From IMG/VR virus record IMGVR_UViG_3300024269_000002: a stretch of DNA of 64,000 bases. One strand, given 5' to 3'. The position numbers and the translations under genes were made by a program. The notes beneath the pieces are model-generated. The model was given only the letters and a program-made list of their open reading frames with translations. It was not told the DNA's origin and ran no database searches. Positions 57,758 to 64,000 of the stretch are shown in pieces. The stretch comes from a virus. Lineage: Duplodnaviria; Heunggongvirae; Uroviricota; Caudoviricetes. How positions within the stretch are numbered: the stretch's first letter is position 1; every line of letters starts with the position of its first letter.

Positions 57758-57764
57758 ATTTACT

Positions 57765-57798
57765 AAGGGCTTGATCTAACAGTCAAGCCCTTTTGTTT
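57765..57798 (+). terminator. Rho-independent terminator
   Basis: AAGGGCTTGA...TCAAGCCCTT followed by TTGTTT. Confidence 0.8.
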
Positions 57799-57823
57799 AC
57801 AATAAACAGATTGGAGAAACTTG

Positions 57824-58234
57824 ATGGCAAAGAAGCCACGCAAGAAGAGCTCGTCAGAGGTTATCTGCGAGTTTCTTAATTTCATGAGAACAATACAAAC
57901 AGAGTATGAAGCGGAATATGCAGCTGTTGGGGAATGCGACAATGAAACTTCAGATCTGTTACATCAGATTGAGCTAGGCTCTTACGCTGATAGAAGAAGG
58001 TTCTCAACACAGCTTGCTCATTGTCGCCAGAGACGGCGTGAACATAAAGATTACACCGATGTACATTACAAGTTATATGAGTACTTCAAGAAGGACAAAG
58101 ATGCTATAGCCTTCTATAGGAGAATGGAACAACTACTAGGCGATGTGAGAAAAGCAGAAAAGAACATTGAGAGTACAAGATCATACTACCCTCGAGTTCG
58201 AAAAGATCTAACTATCAGAACCAAGGAGAGCTGA
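57824..58234 (+). CDS. Hypothetical helical phage protein
   Basis: DLLHQIEL...RR..KD...Y.PR. Confidence 0.65.
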   Translation: MAKKPRKKSSSEVICEFLNFMRTIQTEYEAEYAAVGECDNETSDLLHQIELGSYADRRRFSTQLAHCRQRRREHKDYTDVHYKLYEYFKKDKDAIAFYRRMEQLLGDVRKAEKNIESTRSYYPRVRKDLTIRTKES

Positions 58235-58235
58235 A

Positions 58236-58649
58236 ATGGCAAAGATCGTCTACAAAGTAGCTCCTCGATGCGGAGGCAAGACTGTTTGGCTGTGCGAGCG
58301 AGCAAAAGAAGAACTGAAAGCAGGTAAGTCACTGTTTTATTTCACCAACAGTGAAAGAATGAGACATTTCCACAGCTTCAAAGAAAAATATGAATACTTC
58401 TGTAACGGAGTATGTGTAATTGATGCTGTTATGTCTGTTGAAGATATTCCTGTGGAAGCACTTAACAATGCTGTAGTGCTCGTGGATAACTTCATGGAAT
58501 ACATGGATGGTTCACAGTTTGTACATAAACTGAAAGAAAATGATCAGGTTACAATCTATATCACACTGAATGATGATTGTGTTCCTGCTCAAGATAAAAT
58601 TGAAGAGCTTCCCGACGCACAAGATTGGGAACAGCTCACATTATTCTAA
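58236..58649 (+). CDS. Small P-loop protein with C-terminal QLTLF
   Basis: APRCGGKT, VVLVD, terminal WEQLTLF. Confidence 0.6.
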   Translation: MAKIVYKVAPRCGGKTVWLCERAKEELKAGKSLFYFTNSERMRHFHSFKEKYEYFCNGVCVIDAVMSVEDIPVEALNNAVVLVDNFMEYMDGSQFVHKLKENDQVTIYITLNDDCVPAQDKIEELPDAQDWEQLTLF

Positions 58650-58690
58650 ACAGAAAGGTGGGGATATTCCCTGATGGACGTTAAGCACTA

Positions 58691-59356
58691 ATGAAAGTCG
58701 AATTACTTAGCTACACTACAAACCCTGTAGGAGCAATCGAAGCAGCTGCAAGTACATGTTATGACAGCGAGCCTACTCAAGGAAAAATCATGAACCACTG
58801 CTATAAGAGTGGACATCATAGCGTACTTGAGTTTGCTGATTTTACATTCCGTATCACTGGTGTGAGTAGAGCACTGACACATCAGTTAGTAAGACACCGT
58901 CTGGCAAGCTATGCTCAAAGAAGTCAGCGTTACTGCGATGAGGCTGGATTTGAATTCGTCATTCCTCCTACAATTGAAAAGAATCCCGAAGCACTCGAAG
59001 CATTTGTTGATCTGATGAACAAGATCGAGGATGTGTACAAGATGTTGAGACAGATGGGTGTTGCTCCTGAGGATGCAAGATTCACACTGCCGAATGCATG
59101 TTGTACCGAAATCTGTGTGAAGATGAATTTGAGAACATTCATCAATTTCTGCAATGAGCGTCTATGTTCTTGTGCACAGTGGGAGATTCGTAAACTGGCA
59201 AGATTGATGGTCGAAGCTGTATTGGCTGTCGCGCCCGAGCTCAAGCATCTGCTTGTTCCCAAGTGTGAACGAAATGCCCCTTACTGTTTCTGCAATGAAA
59301 CAAAGAAGCGTTCTTGTGGTAAACATCCGCTCTTATCAGAAGTTATTCAACAGTAA
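58691..59356 (+). CDS. thyX: Flavin-dependent thymidylate synthase
   Basis: GHHSVLE, SRALTHQLVRHR..SY.Q.SQRY, EDARF.LP, AQWEIR. Confidence 0.95.
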   Translation: MKVELLSYTTNPVGAIEAAASTCYDSEPTQGKIMNHCYKSGHHSVLEFADFTFRITGVSRALTHQLVRHRLASYAQRSQRYCDEAGFEFVIPPTIEKNPEALEAFVDLMNKIEDVYKMLRQMGVAPEDARFTLPNACCTEICVKMNLRTFINFCNERLCSCAQWEIRKLARLMVEAVLAVAPELKHLLVPKCERNAPYCFCNETKKRSCGKHPLLSEVIQQ

Positions 59357-59369
59357 GATAATACAAAAC

Positions 59370-59406
59370 AAAGAGCTGCGGGAGGAGCATTCTCGCAGCT
59401 CTTTTT
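59370..59406 (+). terminator. Rho-independent terminator
   Basis: AAAGAGCTGCGGGA...TCTCGCAGCTCTTT followed by TT. Confidence 0.85.
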
Positions 59407-59437
59407 AGTTGATAGTACAACCATTCAACTATATAAT
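59407..59437 (+). promoter_or_regulatory. Phage promoter P16
   Basis: TTGATA 59409-59414, TATAAT 59432-59437. Confidence 0.8.
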
Positions 59438-59503
59438 ATGTATATACCTCAATGATAAACAAGCTGATACATACATAACGAAATAAACAAACAGTTTGTT
59501 TAT

Positions 59504-59534
59504 AGTTGATAAACTTCGCGTTTCATATTATAAT
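59504..59534 (+). promoter_or_regulatory. Phage promoter P17
   Basis: TTGATA 59506-59511, TATAAT 59529-59534. Confidence 0.85.
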
Positions 59535-59574
59535 GTAAGTGTAAAAAATAAATAAATAGAGCGAGGTAATACAT

Positions 59575-59868
59575 ATGACAAACTTATCTGAGCGCACTGG
59601 AGCTTTTTCCGCAGCCCTTGTTTCTCGTCAGGATGAACTCAATGCTTGCACTACTGCACAGCAAGTTCGCGATCTGGTTGCGAACATCATCAAGACCGAT
59701 TCCTCTCTTAAGAAGTCTGCTGTCGAATATGGCAACAAGATTCTGGTTAAGCTCAGTAAGGTTCGCGATCTGAGCACTGCATGGCAGATCGTGTACAATG
59801 TTATCCTCGCTGGTGACAACTGCGGCTGCTTCTGGTCTTCTGCAGCAGCTCAGAGAAAGAGAGCATGA
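59575..59868 (+). CDS. Hypothetical protein
   Basis: GAGGT RBS. Confidence 0.65.
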   Translation: MTNLSERTGAFSAALVSRQDELNACTTAQQVRDLVANIIKTDSSLKKSAVEYGNKILVKLSKVRDLSTAWQIVYNVILAGDNCGCFWSSAAAQRKRA

Positions 59869-60251
59869 TGTACGCTGGTTACTTACTTGACTGGGGTGAG
59901 GAAGTTACACAATACTTTCAAACCTCAGACTGGACACATTTTCATGACATAGAAGGTACTCCGATTGATTCTGAAGTACTTCAGCGCTGGGCGTTGTGGC
60001 TTAACAGCCCGTGGTCCTATGCACATGAGAAGTATCATATTGAGTTCAATCTGAACTTGAGGGACGATTACAGCGTGGCAGATAATTTCAAAGAGTATCC
60101 CTGGAGATGCTATCTTGAAGTTGTTGGCTATGATGGAGCTTGTGGCTCAATATATGGCTACGGAAAAACTCCTGAAGAAGCTATGCTACACTGTAAAGCA
60201 CATAACATGTACATTCAATCCGTGTACAATCCCGAAAATCATTCAGTTTAG
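59865..60251 (+). CDS. Hypothetical protein
   Basis: Coupled ORF; G.G.TPEEA motif. Confidence 0.55.
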   Translation: MMYAGYLLDWGEEVTQYFQTSDWTHFHDIEGTPIDSEVLQRWALWLNSPWSYAHEKYHIEFNLNLRDDYSVADNFKEYPWRCYLEVVGYDGACGSIYGYGKTPEEAMLHCKAHNMYIQSVYNPENHSV

Positions 60252-60268
60252 AAAAGAGGTGAAAAGAT

Positions 60269-61096
60269 ATGGCTTTCAAAGATCCTCTTGGCGATAGAAT
60301 GAAAGGTAACTACGAGAACCGCGCCAAGATGTATTTAACTCGTAGAACTCCCGTTATCATCCGTATTGATGGTAAAGCATTCCACACATTCACGCGTGGA
60401 TTCTGCAGACCTTATGACAGAGTATTCCACAACTCAATGAATGCAACTCTTGAATATCTTTGCAAGAATATTCAGGGTTGTAAATTTGGCTGTACTCAAT
60501 CTGATGAAATCACACTTGTTCTCACTGATTATGATAAACTAACTACCGACGGTTGGTTTAATTACAGTGTACAGAAGATGTGCTCCATCGCAGCAAGTAT
60601 GGCAACATTGATCTTCAATAGGACATTCTTGAATGAGTGTTCTAACTGGTGTGATACCAGTGAGTTCTTCCGTATGGACGAAACAGAACGAGACGGTGTC
60701 TCTACAAAAGAATTCAATGAGCTGTTTCAAGCATATAGTAGAGCTGCAGAAAGAGGCGCAATGTTTGATGCAAGATGCTTCAACATTCCTGAGGATGAAG
60801 TTGCAAACTGTATCATCTGGAGACAGAATGATGCAACCCGTAATGCAATTCAGATGTTGGGACAGACATATTTCAGTCACAAGGAACTGGATTCAAAGTC
60901 TCAGAGCGATATTCAGGATATGTTGATGGAGGTGCACCAGATCAACTTCAACGATATGCCTGTTGAATTCAAGAGAGGCATCTGCTGCTATCGTGATGAA
61001 GATGGCAAGTGGATCTTGGACAAGGATTGTCCTATCATAAGTCAAGATCGTGACTATGTTGAAAGACATGTGTTCACGAAAGAATACAAAGATTAA
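60269..61096 (+). CDS. thg1: Thg1-like tRNA-His guanylyltransferase / 3'-5' polymerase
   Basis: IRIDGKAFH.FT, QSDEI, FDAR, WRQ.DA.RN, FKRG. Confidence 0.92.
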   Translation: MAFKDPLGDRMKGNYENRAKMYLTRRTPVIIRIDGKAFHTFTRGFCRPYDRVFHNSMNATLEYLCKNIQGCKFGCTQSDEITLVLTDYDKLTTDGWFNYSVQKMCSIAASMATLIFNRTFLNECSNWCDTSEFFRMDETERDGVSTKEFNELFQAYSRAAERGAMFDARCFNIPEDEVANCIIWRQNDATRNAIQMLGQTYFSHKELDSKSQSDIQDMLMEVHQINFNDMPVEFKRGICCYRDEDGKWILDKDCPIISQDRDYVERHVFTKEYKD

Positions 61097-61111
61097 CAAA
61101 GGAGAATGGAA

Positions 61112-61741
61112 ATGGATTTTACAAGTTGCTTCAATGGTATGTTCGGTAAGCTGGGCGCTGGTATGTGCCGTCTGACTATGAACGGTCGTATCGCCGTCAA
61201 GACCTCTGGTGGCTACAAGAGCTACAATGTTAAGACTGGCAAGCTGACCAACTGCTCCAACTTCGTCTTCAACATCGGTGATGACTTCTTCTTTATCATT
61301 CCGACCAACAAGGTCGATGTTGGTGACATCATTCTGGTAAAGGGCACTCCTCGTTGTGTCATCGAAGTCGATAAGAAGACGCTGAAGGTCATGAACTACG
61401 AGGATATGACTATCGATACGCTGGTTCCCGAGCGTCACGTGTTTATGGGTAATACTTACTTCTACGGTAAGGTTGTGAGCCTGATGGGCACTAATGCAAG
61501 CAAGGGCAAGAACGGCATGAAGCAGATGATGCAGTTCATGATGATGAACCAGATGATGGGTGGCAACACCTCTGGTGGTATGAACATGAATGGTAACAAT
61601 ATGCTGCCCATGATGCTGATGATGAACGGCGGCTCTGGCAGCCTGTTCGATGGTATGCTGGATGGCATCTTCGATTTCGGAACTGATGATACAACTGAAG
61701 CTCCCGATGTCGAGGCTGATGAAGAGGAGGATGAGGAATAA
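61112..61741 (+). CDS. Hypothetical protein with Met/Gly/Asn-rich region and acidic tail
   Basis: MKQMMQFMMMNQMMGG...MLPMMLMM; ends EEEDEE. Confidence 0.7.
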   Translation: MDFTSCFNGMFGKLGAGMCRLTMNGRIAVKTSGGYKSYNVKTGKLTNCSNFVFNIGDDFFFIIPTNKVDVGDIILVKGTPRCVIEVDKKTLKVMNYEDMTIDTLVPERHVFMGNTYFYGKVVSLMGTNASKGKNGMKQMMQFMMMNQMMGGNTSGGMNMNGNNMLPMMLMMNGGSGSLFDGMLDGIFDFGTDDTTEAPDVEADEEEDEE

Positions 61742-62619
61742 TGGGTGGCGGTACTTGGACTAGAAGCTCTTTCACGAGCTACAGTGCAACCAAGGGTATG
61801 ACCGTTGATTCTCTTACCGGAGTCATTGACGGCACTTACACCAGTCAGGATATGTACACTCAGCGTAACATTCACAGAGACTTGAAGCCTTACAAGATCA
61901 TGCGTGAATGCGTTGACTCTGCAGAGCATCCCGAAACCATTCCTGTTATTCTTGCTCTGGATGTGACTGGCAGTATGGGCAAGACTGCAGTTGAAGTGGC
62001 AAAGCAACTGAATGTCATCATGACCGATCTGTATGATCGAGTTAAGGACATTGAGTTCTGTGTCATGGGAATCGGCGACTTGGCTTGTGATGATTCTCCT
62101 ATTCAGATGTCTCAGTTTGAATCCGATATTCGTATCGCTGAGCACATGGATAAGGTATACTTTGAATACGGCGGCGGTGGTAACAACTTTGAATCTTATA
62201 CTGCTGCCTGGTACATGGGTGCACGTCATACGAAGCTGGACTGCTGGAATAGAGGTAAGAAGGGCATCATTATCACGCTTGGTGACGAGCGGTTGAATCC
62301 TTACCTGCCCTCCAGAAAGCTGATTGCTGAAACTGGTGACAGTCTCCAGGGAGATATTGAGACTCGTGATCTGTATCCTGAAGTTTGCGAGAAGTTTGAT
62401 GTTTACCACATCGATGTGGATCATCGTAGTTATCGTGACGACGGCATCACTCCTTCCTGGAAGAAGTACATGGATGAGGATCATTACAAGAGCGTATCCC
62501 TGAATGCTGTCAAGGATACAATTGTGGATATGATTCTGCACGCTATTGGAACTGTTGCTCCTGCAGTTGTTGAGGAGCCTGTTATTCAGCAGAATGAAAA
62601 CGGTGAGATTGTGTGGTGA
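61741..62619 (+). CDS. vWA-domain protein
   Basis: MIDAS-like LDVTGSMG, GGGG...ESY, ITLGDE. Confidence 0.85.
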   Translation: MGGGTWTRSSFTSYSATKGMTVDSLTGVIDGTYTSQDMYTQRNIHRDLKPYKIMRECVDSAEHPETIPVILALDVTGSMGKTAVEVAKQLNVIMTDLYDRVKDIEFCVMGIGDLACDDSPIQMSQFESDIRIAEHMDKVYFEYGGGGNNFESYTAAWYMGARHTKLDCWNRGKKGIIITLGDERLNPYLPSRKLIAETGDSLQGDIETRDLYPEVCEKFDVYHIDVDHRSYRDDGITPSWKKYMDEDHYKSVSLNAVKDTIVDMILHAIGTVAPAVVEEPVIQQNENGEIVW

Positions 62620-62626
62620 CATTTAA

Positions 62627-63805
62627 GTGACTGATATCAAAGTTGTTGTAGGTGCAAACTTTGGCGATGAGGGTAAGGGCTTGATGACGGATTATTTCTG
62701 CCATCAAGCTACTTCCAAGAATAAGAGCTGTATCGTTGTTATGAGTAACGGTGGCGCACAGCGAGGTCATACTGTTAATCTTCTAGACGGTAAGCGTCAT
62801 GTATTCAAGCACTTCGGAGCAGGAACGATGGTTGGTGCAGACACATATTGCCCTACAGAGTTCATCTTGAATCCTATGGAGTTTGTTCGCGAATATGAGG
62901 ACCTGCTACAACTGGGATATCGTCCTCACGTCTATGTCGAGTCGCTGTGTAGATGGACTACACCTTTCGACATGATCATAAATCAGATTGTTGAGGCAGT
63001 TCGAGAAGACAAAAAACATGGTAGTTGTGGTATGGGTATCTGGGAAACGGTTTACAGATATCAAACCAAACCAGTGTTCTGGACCATCTTCGAATTCAAT
63101 CAGTTGCCTCATCATAACAAAGTTGACTACCTCGAAAATATCAGAGATGTATATCTTCCTGCAAGACTGAAGGAACATGGTGTAACTGACATTCCTTCTG
63201 AATGGAAAGAAATCCTGGAATCTCCTATTCTGATTGATAACTATATCAATGATATCAAGCTGTTTGTTTCAGCTGTTACAAGAGTGACAAGACCTATCTT
63301 GAAGAACTATGATTCAGTTGTATTTGAGAACGGTCAAGGTTTGCTGTTGGATGGAAATTGTACATTCTATGGAGACAATACAACTCCGAGTAATACAGGA
63401 ATCATCAATGCATGTCGTAGAATCAATGCACAGTTTGATCAAGCAAACGTTGAATTCTGTTATGTCACCAGAACTTACATGACTCGTCACGGAGCTGGTA
63501 GATTTGTAACAGAATGTGACAAGAGCTTGATCAATGCTTCTATGGTTGATGAAACAAACGGTTGGAATGAATTTCAGGACAGTCTCCGATATGGTCAGCT
63601 CGATATCGGCAATCTGAAATGCCGAATTGAAAACAATGTGCTCAATGCACAAGATCTGAAATTCCAGTACAAGACAAGTGTTGCAGTTACACACACGAAT
63701 GAACATCAGCTGGACTATTCTCAGCTTCGTACAAAGATCATTGGAGATGTGTACACCTCTGATTCTAGAATCAGAGATTCTGTTAAGCTCTTCACAGAGT
63801 TTTAA
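62627..63805 (+). CDS. Divergent adenylosuccinate synthetase (PurA-like)
   Basis: GANFGDEGKG, GGAQRGHTV, GSCGMG, FENGQGLLLD, TPS.TG, YMTRHGAG. Confidence 0.85.
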   Translation: MTDIKVVVGANFGDEGKGLMTDYFCHQATSKNKSCIVVMSNGGAQRGHTVNLLDGKRHVFKHFGAGTMVGADTYCPTEFILNPMEFVREYEDLLQLGYRPHVYVESLCRWTTPFDMIINQIVEAVREDKKHGSCGMGIWETVYRYQTKPVFWTIFEFNQLPHHNKVDYLENIRDVYLPARLKEHGVTDIPSEWKEILESPILIDNYINDIKLFVSAVTRVTRPILKNYDSVVFENGQGLLLDGNCTFYGDNTTPSNTGIINACRRINAQFDQANVEFCYVTRTYMTRHGAGRFVTECDKSLINASMVDETNGWNEFQDSLRYGQLDIGNLKCRIENNVLNAQDLKFQYKTSVAVTHTNEHQLDYSQLRTKIIGDVYTSDSRIRDSVKLFTEF

Positions 63806-63815
63806 GGAGTAATGC

Positions 63816-64000
63816 ATGATTCAACTGTACGGATTTCAAGTATATGTACAAACGGATTCAGGAAACTGGATTGCCGATGTATTCCGAGTATTTTCTTCCT
63901 CTGTTCATATGGCACAGTTTGCTCTTGAGGAGAGTCTCGAGAAAAGATATATGGATTACTTCATCGAGGAATCCTGGTTGATCTATCCTGAAGAAGGTTT
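63816..64000 (+). CDS. Hypothetical protein (3'-truncated)
   Basis: AAGGAG RBS; MIQLYGFQVYVQ... open to window end. Confidence 0.5.
   Translation, partial: MIQLYGFQVYVQTDSGNWIADVFRVFSSSVHMAQFALEESLEKRYMDYFIEESWLIYPEEG

Noticed and set aside
53553-62622. Long minus-strand ORFs (53553-54341, 54624-55361, 55355-56335, 61462-62622)
   Set aside because: Antisense shadows of well-supported + strand genes; no recognisable motifs
62627-63805. PurZ / 2-aminoadenine (Z) genome pathway
   Set aside because: The P-loop reads GDEGKG with the PurA-type Asp, not the Ser of PurZ; no recognisable mazZ/datZ cluster adjacent
1-64000. Stop-codon reassignment
   Set aside because: Core genes are full length in the standard code and TAG terminates some genes
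1-64000. CRISPR array, tRNA genes, integrase/att sites, IS elements
   Set aside because: None detected by eye; tRNAscan-SE and CRISPR finders would confirm

Overview
This window is a 64-kb segment of a large tailed dsDNA phage, probably infecting an anaerobic Bacillota host (strong AGGAGG Shine-Dalgarno sites, sigma-A-type promoters, anaerobic RNR, RecU-like resolvase). Essentially every credible gene is on the + strand in the standard genetic code. I saw no virion structural genes, tRNAs, CRISPR arrays or integrase. The left part (1-37 kb) is a near-complete replication/recombination module: helicase loader, helicase, primase, two SSBs, family A polymerase, beta-clamp plus full DnaX/HolB/HolA clamp loader, RecA, two resolvases, SbcCD, NrdH-NrdD-NrdG-FTR, LigA and RecJ. 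The right part (37-64 kb) holds small early/accessory genes plus RNA-repair and translation functions (RNA ligase, PNK-HD, Thg1, bS21), NADAR, ThyX and a vWA/PurA-like module. The best candidate for a new system lies at 6.45-10.6 kb, between polymerase and clamp. It has a variant preQ1-I-riboswitch-like leader, a YhhQ/VUT deazaguanine transporter, a small membrane protein, a TGT/DpdA-like transglycosylase, an atypical SDR and a GT-A glycosyltransferase. The transglycosylase, the glycosyltransferase and RecJ all end in a shared TKxxL[W/F] peptide that may dock them on the phage clamp. Seventeen promoters share AGTTGA-w-n-N17-TAyAAT, and a subset carries a position-fixed WACWGTT box. All product calls come from motif recognition by eye; no database searches were run.
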